A stretch of DNA of 62,584 nt, the filler included, from Sphacelaria rigidula (taxonomy: Eukaryota): assembly GCA_964200075.2 (NCBI GenBank). It is 11 parts of 11 records of this genome, joined end to end, with 100 filler letters (N's around TTAATTAATTAA, not from the genome) between each part and the next. Parts side by side here need not be neighbours in the genome. Positions count along the whole stretch, not along the records: positions 22,798 to 28,396 come from CAXNAA020025980.1; positions 28,497 to 34,094 come from CAXNAA020025981.1; positions 34,195 to 39,792 come from CAXNAA020025982.1; 8 more parts are not named here. One strand, given 5' to 3'. A program made the position numbers and the translations under genes. Shown here in pieces: positions 24,231 to 35,815 of the stretch (positions are counted from its first letter, which is position 1; each line of letters begins with the position of its first letter). The notes below the pieces were generated by a model. It saw only the letters and a list, made by a program, of their open reading frames with translations. It did no database searches and was not told where the DNA came from.

Positions 24231-27161
24231 CTGCAAGCACTTCACAGCATAGAAAGGGGTCCCAAACCCTGCCGCACCAACTAGAATATGCACTGCAGGA
24301 ATGATGACGGGCACAGACAGCAATTTTGCGCAAAATAATGTCGGATGATGTAACGGAGGGAGCGCTTTTGAATAGCGGAATACTACCTTATGCATCGTCA
24401 TGAAACAGCAAAAGCACATTTGGCGACAAAATCTTCGTAATGATTAATTGAATAAAAAAGAGACGACGACAATATTCAATGCCCGCACCCACTTTCTCAT
24501 TCATGCTTTCATGGGAGGGTCGTAGTTCGGCAGCGATAAGGTTCACCTTGACCTGCACCAAGTACGTGATAAAGCTGGGCCAGCGCGCAACGTAAATAAA
24601 CTACAGTGACTGCTTGCCTCACAATATTCGAGTAGTGCTCCATCTCCTCCACAGTTCACTCCTTGGCATTTCACGCTCGACTGCGTCGGGGACCAGCAGC
24701 TCAACAGAGCAGCCGTGCAAGCGAAGCAGAGTCGGTGCTCCCATTAGGTTCGTCGCACCAGCGGCTGTCGCCAACACTTTGCGGAGCACCGGTTCCATGT
24801 TTATCTACATCGCGTGAGTGACGAGTTTCCTCAACCCGTCCCGTCCCCGCCACTGTTACCCGTGACGCCATCGAAGTGTCCTGCACGCCATCAGATTCGC
24901 CGCCGTGACCCTGCCCTCCTCCATTAGAGCAAGAGCCGCTTCATGCAAGCTGAGGAAGTATTAACTACGCGAATCACCCCGGCAAACATCTGGAAACATA
25001 ACATAGAATAAAGCGATAGGTCTCTCACTGTCCAATTTCAGCTGGTTCCACTCGTACCTCTAGGCAATATCAAGCAAAACGCACAAGGCGGGGCCGATTC
25101 AAAAATATCACCGTTTTTTTCTGGAAGTCGGTCGATTTTCCTGAAAATGTACCGTAGGCTAATTTGTGGGTGAGAATTGCGGATCTTGCTCTGGTATTTA
25201 TTTCAACGTTTCAGTTGTTGAATTATAGACATGTTGCCAAAAACAAATTCCCCCCAAAAATGCAAGTCAAACCAAGACGCTCATGTTGAAGCCTTGGTCG
25301 CGAAAAAAATACTCAAGTCAATCCAAACTGAAATATTTTTGTTCCAACAACTTCGTATATGACACAGCAATCTCCCCCCCCCTCGCATCCCCAAATCGTC
25401 GAAACGGAATCGAGTGCCGAGGAGCACAAAAAACACTAAACATTCACACACAGGGCGAGAAAATCATTTTGAGGCAATTCCAAACCGACGTTTCACGTGC
25501 AGCGTTTTGGACAACGGTTTAGGACTTCTCTCGGCGAACCAAAAAAGGACTTGTGCTGGGGGGTTTTTCGAGCGGGACACGGCAGGTGATCCCAAACCGT
25601 GGATGGTGCCTACCGTATGGTACAAGCAGATGTCGTCGTGCATGATTCTAAAGTGCGCTGCTTGACTCACGAGTTCAACCCGGCCTTACCCCTGAGGCAT
25701 CAAACGCAGAGATCATAGAGGCCGTCCTCCTTCACGTCGTGGACGACTAGTTCCCTTGCCGGACTCATGCAAACAGTTGACCCTCCACCGTCCTTGCCCA
25801 TACACCCTCCAGCCACCGCCGTCGCCGCCGCCTCCGTTTCCGTTCCCACGCCTCCTGCAGCCGCTGCTACTGCGCCCGCCCCCTCCATGGCAATCCCTTC
25901 TCCAGGCACCCTGGGACGGTTTCGCAAATGGAAATTCGTAGCGTTGAGCGATGACGAGTTCCACACATCATGCCCGGCCCAAAAAACGCCATCATCATCA
26001 CCCACATGCGCCCCCCTCCCGCCGCCTCCCCGCCGCCGCAGCCATCCCCCCCCCCCCCGCCAACGTCTCTGCCCATTCCTCTTTTCCAGCCGCCACCGCG
26101 CCGCCCCTGTTCCCGTGCCCACTCCCGCTCCCGTCTCAATGGCCAAACGGCTAAGGCAAGGAACAAACAAGAATGCCCCGGTGCAGCACCTTGCACCTTG
26201 CGTATAAGCAAAACTCTCTGTCGCCCCCCCCCCCCTTTGCCGCCGTTCCTATCGCGACCGCCCCTGACACCACCTCCGCCGACCCACCCGTCTGATCGAC
26301 TAGCACCCCCTCCGTGCCCCCGATCCCGACCCCCCTACGCTGTAAGAAGCGGTATGTCTGGTTCGGCGTTTTGCCCCATCCTGCGATGCAGTAGTCCCGC
26401 GTGAAGTGCCCCGAAAAACCCGTGTCGGTTCACAACAAAAAAAAAACAATTGTAAGCAATAGGATGGTCTGGTAGAAGGCGCAGAGTCGTATTGTGAAGA
26501 ACGTACCGCCGGAGGATGGGCACAGTAGCCACGGGTGTTGAGTGTAAACCGAGCAAAAACCCGGTCGGAGCCATTCCGTCCGTTTCCTCGACAACAGGCC
26601 CGCCTCCTCGACGGAGGACGGAGTTACCGCTTGGTGGTATTAGTGTATGTGTACCCAGACAAGTGACTGCAGGGCGGACGCCCACCGGCGTTAGCCGATG
26701 TTGTACGTGCAGCAGCAGAATCACGGCAGTGCTCCTGAGCAGAATGATGAGACAGTGTTGATGGTGTAAACTGCCGCTTGCGGCCAACACAGGCTGATAT
26801 ACAGGTAGACCGATGATAGTCTAGGCAGAACCTATATAGCATCCAAGGAATGCAGGATCCCTGATATGCCTGAACAAGCAGAAGAGATCACAGAGAGTGA
26901 GCACCTATCGAAGGACAACGGGAGAAGCTCGGTAGACCTCGCTATCGTGCTACCAGTAATTACTTACACCGCACACGTAACACACCAAACGTAACATAAC
27001 ACGCCGCTAAAGTATAACTAGGAACCACTGAGTATGACCCATGAACAGTGTTACTGAACATTGACTACGGAAGAAGGAGACGCAATTCCGTAACACCGCT
27101 ACCGCTGCGTTTATTTCCCGCCGGAACGGTATGATTCCCGCCACTACAGAACAGACGATTC

Positions 27162-27549
27162 TATAAAATGAGGTTGTACGATGAAATGAGGTTCAAGCCC
27201 GAAACAGTGATTTCCCCACACTTACAGCGATGGTGCCCAATGACGTTTTTGTCGGCCTAATGCCCCCCGATCGCGTAGATATTTTTTCAGCGCATTTTAC
27301 CGACTCTGTCAGCTTACGGCGCTGACCGAAACCGTCATGTCCCTGATTTTTTAGGGGGGGTGATATAAGGAGAAACGACGGTTTCTGTCAGCGCTGTAAG
27401 CTCACAGAGTCGGTAAACTACACTGAAGAAGTATCTACACGATCGAGGGGCATTAGGCCGGCAAAGAAGTCATCGGGAACCATAGCTAAAAATGTGGGTA
27501 AATCACTGGTTTAGGCTCAATCATTTCATCCTACAACCTAATTTCAAAG
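27162..27549. mobile_element. Foldback/MITE with ~185-bp inverted arms
   Basis: 'ggcctaatgcccc.cgatcg.gtagata...tttaccgactctgt.agcttac.gcgctgac.gaaaccgtc' pairs with 27376-27461; pairing extends to both ends; short central spacer. Confidence 0.85.
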
Positions 27550-28851
27550 GTTTGTCTGTTGCAGTATGGAAGTGGCGTACCTACACGCCATCCCTGGTAC
27601 CAATGACCAATCATTCTCGGGTGTAGGCCCACACTTTTGCTGTGGTACGATGATGCAGAATTTACAGAGGCACTCGAGCCATATCTGACGGTGTCCCTCT
27701 GACCTCGGCGCTCAATCACCCCCACAGCAACTGCAGCAGCTGGAGGTGCACTGCGCCACCTCGCTACTCTCGACAGGGCACACACATGGAGACAGATTGC
27801 TGTACTCAGCTAAGGTGTTCCCCTCCCAACTCGTAGCTTTAGCAACTCAGTAAATGCAACAGCAGCAGGAATGCCGCGCAGTGTTCTTGTGAGTGTGTGT
27901 GCTTGGGTGTGCGTGTGTGTATCCTGTGTCCTGGTTGTGTGTGCTCGCTCCTGCTGGGAAGCGGCGCAATTCGTGCGAGGCTGTCACGCACAGACGTGAT
28001 GGACAGATCTGGGGTATGGTTCCATATATCATGTGTGGGAAATGAACAATTTCCCCCAGAACTTTCTTCACCATCCCAAGTGGTAAACTGACCTCCCTGC
28101 ATATGCATGAGACAGTGGCTTCACGTTGCTGAAAATCAACGTTTGCTCCTCTCGTGAATGTGAAATATTTGTTATTAATTTGAATACCAAATGTGACGCA
28201 ACGCACACCAAATCATACCGCAACATGCACCTTGGTGCATGTGATCCTTGCCGCCAATGTATTCCCTACTGTACGCCTGTTAAAGTCTCCTCTGAAATCG
28301 TGCTAACAACGCCACTCCAGGATCCTGTCCCTCCCGGTCCGACTACGATGTTACTGTACACTTGACCCGGTGGTGAAACCACGAAGAGACTATACANNNN
28401 NNNNNNNNNNNNNNNNNNNNNNNNNNNNNNNNNNNNNNNNTTAATTAATTAANNNNNNNNNNNNNNNNNNNNNNNNNNNNNNNNNNNNNNNNNNNNGTCC
28501 AAACAACCCACCGTGTTGAACGGTCAACCGAGGAGAGTGATTCATGCATCACAACTGCTATCCCACATCATATCCTCACATCAGACCAAACCTTCGTGAC
28601 CGGCACCTGCGATCCCAACACTAAATACATATAGTCTATACCATACGAAGCGTTGAAGAGCATGGCTCCGCAGCCTCATTTTCCAACAACAGTGTCATCG
28701 CGAATATCAGCTTTGCCGTTAACCCTCAGACGGCGAAAGTACTAGGTCATGTGTTAAATCGGCATCAATTCGACTCGAAGAAAGCACGCAAGATCCAGAT
28801 GGACTACAGAATGGGTTGGCCCAGACGCGGAATTGTGGTCTGCAAACCCCA

Positions 28852-29100
28852 TCTCACCTGAATTTTGCGAGTTGGACTTTGAAATTTGGTACGGAGGAAG
28901 AATAGAGGATGCCAAAAGGCTGTCGATCGGAACCTTGATTTTTCGTTAGTTGAGAGCAATAATCAGTACCTAGGTATCAGAAAGACACCGGTAACTCAGG
29001 AAAAAAAATACTCTGCACGCCACGATCGACAGCTTTTTAGCATGCCCTATTTTTCCTCCTTACCATGTCTTAAAGTCCAACCCGCAAAATTGAGGTGAGA
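28852..29100. repeat. 29-bp inverted repeat pair (MITE-like)
   Basis: TCTCACCTGAATTTTGCGAGTTGGACTTT versus AAAGTCCAACCCGCAAAATTGAGGTGAGA, 27/29 complementary. Confidence 0.65.
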
Positions 29101-29246
29101 CCGAGCGATTTAGAACCCGCGCCGGGCGGAGTTCGGAACAATATGTTCCAGGCCATCCACCTGCCCAGGCTTGGCATTTGTGTGTTGAATCCTTTTGTTG
29201 GATCTCGCTAGGCCACGACCAACGAAAAAAGTGGGTAATATTGATA

Positions 29247-30261
29247 CTTCTTCTGTCACATAAGTGAAGTCCGTTATGATCACACGGACCCTTAGCCGTG
29301 CCCGATGTCGCAGGCGATAATATTTTTGAAATCTTTGATGTTTTTTGGGTTGAACCCCGTTTTTGTTTTGTTTGTCTACGCACTCCCCGGCTCACGCGAC
29401 CGTTCGAAAAAAAAGTAGTCGGCCCAAAAAAGGCCATATTTAGGCCCTTTTGCAGGGGCAAAAAAGTGTCAAAAACAAAAAATGTTACCCGTCCTCGTCG
29501 TCGCTAGGGCTTGCCGTTAGGTAGTCCCAGGCCTTCGTGAAGGCATCCTTATCGTATTTTACCACCCTTTCTAACGCTCCTGCTCTCTGCCGCACCCTCA
29601 CCCCGGAATGTTCCACACTAAAGTCGTTGTCGCCCATCTCACGAAGTGTTTGGTTGTAAACCTTAAAGAGGCTCTGTCAAACCCGCTCCAACGTGTCACC
29701 GTCGTACTCCTCGTACTGCTTGAAGATAGTCTCCACCAACTCGTCTATCGAACTTGCATTTATCCCCCATACCCTCGACTTAAGAGATGAGAAGAAGCCC
29801 AAGTCGTTGACGTTCAAGTCAGGCGACTGTGCAGGCTGCGTGACTAGCTCCGCCATGGGGCCTAGAACGCCCTTGGGCACCCTCGAATCTCCCGGAGGAA
29901 TGGCCATCCCTATCTCCACCGCCATTGCATACCGGCGGCCCAACGACACATCTGCGCCCCGCTTACGTTTGGGGGGGGTCTCCATCGTGGTTGTGGGGGT
30001 AATGGGCGTTCAATTCCCCAGAAAAGCAGAAATTCTCAATATAATTCTCAAAAACAATTCTGAAAAAAAAAAAATCCCGCCAAAATGCCCACTTTTTGAC
30101 CCACTAATTCTCAGTAATTTCCATTCCCATTTCGTTTTTGTTCAACGAGCATTACCATGTCAACAGCTTTTCAAAAAGCCCAACCATAGCATCGTGGGCA
30201 ACTCCATTGGCGATATACGATCTTTCCCCCATAACGGACTTTACTTATGGGACAGAGGAAA
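29247..30261 (-). mobile_element. Non-autonomous plant-type mariner (Tc1/mariner) element, 1015 bp, 32-bp TIRs, TA TSD
   Basis: TIRs CTTCTTCTGTCACATAAGTGAAGTCCGTTATG and TTTCCTCTGTCCCATAAGTAAAGTCCGTTATG (28/32), flanked by TA at 29245-46 and 30262-63; termini resemble Stowaway-type CTCCCTCCGTCCCA. Confidence 0.92.
29485..29985 (-). pseudogene. Internally deleted mariner transposase
   Basis: ~46 N-terminal residues (METPPKRKRG...) fused in frame to the C-terminal 'LVTQPAQSPDLNVNDLGFFSSLKS...GDNDFSVEHSG'; in-frame TGA at 29677-29679; the first two catalytic Asp regions are absent. Confidence 0.9.
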
Positions 30262-31834
30262 TATGTACATATACCTATATACATATATTTCACTTGCTTA
30301 GGACGCTTCAGTATAGTAAAGACCATATTTTCACGAGAGGGCGCGTACCTTTTCAAAAAAAAAGTGAAGAGCCAATTTGTTTTCTTGGACATGCCTCCGC
30401 AATTCTCCATGATAAGTTTCAAATCTCAATTCTCATAATTGAACTGAAAAACTGAGATGAGGTCCGACGAGAGCATTGTCCATTTCCCCTTAAACAGCCG
30501 ATCCTAAGTTTTGGGGTTGAACTATAAAATGAGGTTCAATCCGCAAATCGCTTCCGTTGGGAAAATACCAAACAGTAGCACAAAAGGAAGGTATTTTCCC
30601 CCAAAACTCCGCAGGAGGAGTCGGGCAGTTCGGGCTAGGTGCACCCAACGAATGCGGTGTACACGTGTGTCGACGGCGATATCACGAGAGAGAGAAGCAA
30701 CGACAGAGAGGAAGCTCCTCGCCCGTGTCCTTTGTGTGATCTCGCTCGGCGATTACCAAACACTCGAGAGACTGGCATCATGCATGTTACCAGCATGAAC
30801 CGAATTTTCCATGTTGTGCCTAAAGACCGACCTGCGGGGAGATCTCGTCTCTTCGTCTTGCCTGAGCACCTCATCATCGATGCGAAGATCAATTTCTCTC
30901 TGGCTCTCTTTTTGGGCAGCACGCGCCTCTGTGCGCTGAAGAACATGTCCTTGAAAAACAGAGCAATATTTCCGTCACCGCTACTACTGTTCTCTGTCAC
31001 ACACATACCCGCAAGGACGGTGCTGCGGCAAAACCAGATAGATCCAATGTGACCTTGGGGGGTGTTATTTATCGTTGATTGTCCGCTACCCCAACCGGGC
31101 TCTTGACCACACGCGAGTTGGGGGGAGTGCACGAGAGATCAAACACTTGTGAAGACCTTCTTGACATGCAGAGTGAAAAAGGATATCTATGATGGTGATC
31201 TAACTGTTGCTTGCATCGTGCAGAGGGGTGCGTCAGCTGCGATCTGGAGCTTTCGTTGATCTATACTCTACTGACTGCCTCCCGTCTACAGACGTCTGCC
31301 TATAGAGGTCACACTCGGTAACAATATCACATGTTACTATGAACTCAAATTCGGAATACCTTTGGGAACGAAAGAGTTCGTTTTTTCAAAGTACGTCAAC
31401 ATGGTTGAAATAAGTCTCCTTACCCGAGGGATTGCGTCTTCCCCGTCCGTCCGCCAGGTTTGAAAGAAGGACAGCATAGTTTTTGAGACGGCATGTAACG
31501 GCTACGGGGGAACACAGAGTTTCTCGTCTATGGAAATGCCCGTCTTCCTAACTGCAAACGCTTTGATTCCCGTTGGTTTCCAATAAGATATGAAGGCCCA
31601 TATATTGTTTTATTCGGCACACGTTTTTGGTTATCCATTCTAACTTCCAATTTCCAATTCCAAAAATTGAGCTGAAACATCGACATAAGGTCCGAGATCA
31701 ATGTTCATTCCTCCTCAAAGCTCCACTGAAAACACGAAAGAAAATGAAAGAAAATTAACAAAGGTAACAAGCTGTTTTTATTTTTTACATTATGCTGTAG
31801 CTGTTCACCACACGAAATTTTATGGGGCGATTCT

Positions 31835-32015
31835 CAAAAACTTAGACGCGATATCCAGGTTTATGGCATCTAGTGCCTCTGCTCGTAATATATCGATTTT
31901 AGTATGGAAACCTATTCATGCCATATCTCGAGATAGATAACGAATTAGGTGAAGGCGAGGGTATCTATCGTCTCCCCTTGCTTCAGAGAATGTCCACACC
32001 AAAGTTCGTCGTCAT
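31835..32015. repeat. Dispersed repeat, second copy at 33690-33880
   Basis: 'aaaact.agacgcga.atccag...agtgcc.ctgctcg...agataacgaa.taggt...ggtatc.atcgt.tcccc.tgct...tccacaccaaa' in both. Confidence 0.7.
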
Positions 32016-32105
32016 CCGCTGAATATAATGATCGGGGGTTTCATAGAGATTTCAGTGTGGACGCCATCTCCGTTAGGTATAGGAACTACGAGAGATGGGG
32101 TTTAA

Positions 32106-32208
32106 CCCTTAGACCGCGAGGTTAGTCTTCCTGGATCATGCATACTTTTTTCACTTAAAATTGATGCCGATTCAACTGTTACAGAAGACTAATCTCGCGG
32201 TCTAAGGG
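32106..32208. mobile_element. 103-bp TTAA-specific (piggyBac-type) MITE
   Basis: TTAA|CCCTTAGACCGCGAGGTTAGTCTTC ... GAAGACTAATCTCGCGGTCTAAGGG|TTAA; 25-bp TIR with one mismatch; a related end lies at 28719-28770. Confidence 0.9.
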
Positions 32209-32384
32209 TTAATCAACGAGAAAATATGGGCCCGAACTTTTGAGCAGATGTGCACCTTCCCCTTGCTTAGACGATTAATACGATATGCGGATCACGGCCA
32301 CGGCCCAACTCGTCTGTGTTGATGAGATATCGCTTTTAGAGCTCAAATCCGTTTTTAGGCTGGCCCAGCTCGTCACGCAAAAAG

Positions 32385-33550
32385 TATATCCACCTATACA
32401 GGCAGATCCTTATTTCCACCGTGACCTTTTATCATGACCGATCCCGCGTTTTTATTTATTTATTCGGGAGCCCAATTTTTTTTAATCAGCTGCCCGTTAC
32501 CAATTTTTTCAAACAAAGTAAAGCCTTCACGCGCAGTACCGTAGTGCAGGCAGTAGTACACAGCAGTAACATACACAGTAAACAAAGTGAAGCCTTCACG
32601 TGTAGTACCGTAGTGCAGGCAGTAGTCAACAGCCATATCCTCTGCATCTGCATCCACTGCCATGGACGTGCATCTGCATGTGGCCTCGAACCGTACAACA
32701 GGAAGACGGTATAGTACTGTGCTGTATTGGCAAAACACAGCTGCTACTGTGCTCGCGAGTACAGCCCGTGCTCGCAACCTGGCAGAGTACAGCCTGTACT
32801 CGGACATGGTAACAAGTACAGGCTACAGCTGTGCCGTGTTTGCGAAGCATAGCCTATACTTGTGATGCCGTACTGTTCGCAAAATCCACGGCCTGTATTG
32901 TGAATACTCTTGCCTGCTGCAACACCCTGGCACTGCATTGTACTACCAACAACGTTTTCGCGAGATTAAGAGTAGATAGAGCGCTGATTGAGAATGGCTT
33001 TGATAATTCGCTGTAACTTCGCCAATTTTTCATTCCGTGTGTGCTTTTCTTCGCCTCCATCACTGGCGTGTGCTTACAGCTACACGTCAATATCCTAGTC
33101 AAGGAATCAAGGGCCTCAGTGGCAAGCTACTATTAATAGTGGCGCTTTTAAGTTCAAAAACTTGGCTCTGTGTAATGCGTGAGAGGACCGCGTGCTTAGA
33201 GGACCGCATCGGAATTCAAACATCTCTAGGGTTAGGGTTAGGGTCAGGGTTAGTGTTAGAGTTAGGGTCAGGGGCGTGGTACCCGCAGGAACTGGCCCGA
33301 TTGGTTTTGAAAAGCGTCGATCCTGAGGTGTTTTGAACCACGGCGCGGTCCTCTAAGCACGCGGTACTATCACGCATTACACTCTGGTTTTTTCGCTCGT
33401 AACCCAAACCCAGTTTGTTTGAAATACATCGGTAACGGGCAGCTGATTAAAAATATGTGGGCTCCCGAATTTTAAAAAAACAACGCGGGATCGGTCATGA
33501 TAAACAGTCAAGGTGGAAATAAAGATCCACATAATATATAGGTGGATATA
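32385..33550. mobile_element. Element bounded by ~135-bp inverted repeats, containing nested insertions
   Basis: 32385-32518 (tatatccacctata...atcatgaccgatcccgcgtt...ttcgggagccca...taatcagctgcccgttacc...caaacaaa) is the reverse complement of 33414-33550. Confidence 0.75.
33171..33381 (+). mobile_element. TGT...ACA MITE with 37-bp TIRs, 5-bp TSD and internal (TTAGGG)n array
   Basis: TIR TGTAATGCGTGAGAGGACCGCGTGCTTAGAGGACCGC (35/37); TSD CTCTG at 33166-33170 and 33382-33386; ~8 TTAGGG-like units at ~33228-33273. Confidence 0.92.
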
Positions 33551-34619
33551 CCTTGCAAACTCGTAACCCCCGCCCGGAAAAACAAAAAAATGGGAAAAAA
33601 TGAATAATACAAAAATTACCTGAAAACGAAATTTGAATTCCATTATGCACCAGCGATTCTCCACAGATAGGAAATTTCAAAGCGCAATTTCCGAAAACTG
33701 AGACGCGACATCCAGATTCAGTGCATTAAGTGCCCCTGCTCGAAATTTATTGTTTATATTGCTATAGTACCTTATGTGCGCCTCACCTCGGAGCAGATAA
33801 CGAACTAGGTAAGAGTAGAGGTATCCATCGTTTCCCCCTGCTCTACTCTAGGGAATATCCACACCAAAAATCGCCATCACACACGCGGCCAGTTGGCTAC
33901 ACCCCAAAATACCTCCGGAGGCTTTCCATCCCTCTAGAGGAGACCAAACTCTACCGACCTGGAGGGTCGCGCACCCTTCCGGAGGAATTTGGGGGTATGC
34001 ACGCCCCTCCCGAGGCAAGAATAAGCCTCCGGAGGCGTTCAACCCCTCTCGAGGGAACAAAAAAATGTCTGCTGACAACAAATTGTGCGAATTGNNNNNN
34101 NNNNNNNNNNNNNNNNNNNNNNNNNNNNNNNNNNNNNNTTAATTAATTAANNNNNNNNNNNNNNNNNNNNNNNNNNNNNNNNNNNNNNNNNNNNATTTCG
34201 TCTCGCTGTGATTGGGTAGGTCGCTCGAAGACTTATTTTTTATTATTCCACTAACACAGAGTCAACCGTGTATTAGTGGGGGTCCGGTCCCAAAAGGGTT
34301 AAGGTTGAAGCACTTGGTATTTTTCATCATTCTGATACTATACGTTGAAGGCTGATGCCACTTCCTCAACGCCCTTTCAAACAATGCTCAATAAACACAA
34401 TTTGATATTTCCATTCCTCTCAGCACGGAGGAACAATACCTTCATGACACCAAACACACAAACACAACGTAAACTGGTCAACGTGCGTGGGCTGTTCGGC
34501 CCATCATGGGGCCCGGATCAAACACCAGAGGTCTACAGTACCACAGTTATCTCTTCGCCGTGTGACGTGTGACGTGGTCTGTTCGCGTGTCGCCACGACG
34601 TCACCATCTTATATCGGGA

Positions 34620-34810
34620 CAAAAAATTCCACGGTTAGGACAAATCATCACGACTCAAAATCACCNNNNNNNNNNGTCTGGGCTGCGTGTACCTGGGCTG
34701 TAACGCTGAAATGAGTCATGGGGATTCATTCATCTCGAGTCAACTTATTTTACTAAAACCAAGTAATTTCCTAACGAATCATTATTTGTCCTAACCGTGA
34801 AAAATTTCCT
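34620..34810. repeat. Small inverted-repeat element spanning a 10-N gap
   Basis: 'aaattccacggttaggacaaat' pairs with 'atttgtcctaaccgtgaaaaattt'; related sequence at ~62226-62260. Confidence 0.55.
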
Positions 34811-34844
34811 TTGAATAGAATGGCGGGTGATGATTGCTTTCATG

Positions 34845-35815
34845 AGGTGCTGAGGCCGCTGCTTGTAACAGACAAGAAAAAAAATCTCGGGAAGTGCTTT
34901 TTTGGAGCTTCTGTAATACGTCGTTTTATGCCCTAAAAGGGAGCTAGGCGGAGTTTGACACCTTGGAATGACTTCTACTCGTTGAGGCGGTTCCAGGACA
35001 TCTTCCCGTTCTCCGGTGGCCGCAGTTCTTATTTTGACCAAACAAGAATTTTCGTTCAAGAACGGTCAGGCCGCCTCCTGACAGCAGGCAAAAATGTAAA
35101 TCTGGAAATGTGCCTTTTATGAGATTCGACATCGTTTTACGCCCTAAAAGAGAGCTACGTTGGCGGAGTTTGATACCTTGGGATGGCTTGCTCTACAAGC
35201 TGAGGCGCTTCCAGGACATGTTCCCCTTTTCCGGTGGCGGCAGTTTTCATTTTGGCCAGACGAGAATTTTTGTCCAAGAACGGTAAAAAAACAGTCAAAT
35301 CTAAAAAAAATCGCCATGTTTTCTGGATTTGACCATTTTTTTATAAAAATTCTTGCTTGGCCAAAATGAAAAATGCGGCCGCCGGAGAACAGGAAGATGT
35401 CCTGGAACCGCCTCATCTGGTAGAGCAAGTCATTTCAAGGTGTCAAACTCCGCCGAGCTCCCTTTTGGGGCGTAAAACGACGTAGAATTTCCAAAAAGGC
35501 ACATTTCCAGATTTCTATTTTTGTCTTTTATAAAGAATGGCGTCAAGAACGGAAAAATTTAGAAAAAATCGCCAGTCTTGTCTGGACTTGACCGTTCTTG
35601 GACAAAGTTCTTGTTTGGCCAAACTAGAAACTGCGGCCACCGGAAAACGGGAAGATGCCCTGGAACCGCCTCAGCTAGTAGAGCAAGTCATTCTTAGGTG
35701 TCAAACTCCACCTAGCTCTCATTTTTGGCCGGAAAACAACGTAGACAGTCTAGAAAGGCACTTTTTCAGATTCTAACTTTATCTGTTATAATGTTATAAG
35801 CAGCGGGCTGAGGCC
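34845..35815. mobile_element. ~970-bp foldback palindrome made of tandem subunits (A A' / inverted A' A)
   Basis: Unit 'cgtttta.gccctaaaag.gagcta..ggcggagtttga.accttgg...ttccaggacat...ccggtggc.gcagtt' at ~34885-35070 and ~35100-35290, inverted at ~35320-35515 and ~35580-35770. Confidence 0.85.

Noticed and set aside
25690..25720. In-frame TGA in 'LCV*CLR' as possible selenocysteine
   Set aside because: No supported gene model (the implied intron would be only 32 bp), no recognisable selenoprotein context, and no SECIS identified.
28497..28620. Possible LTR start (TGTTGGG… on minus strand) at contig edge
   Set aside because: Only one end is visible; no TSD, PBS or partner LTR to support it.
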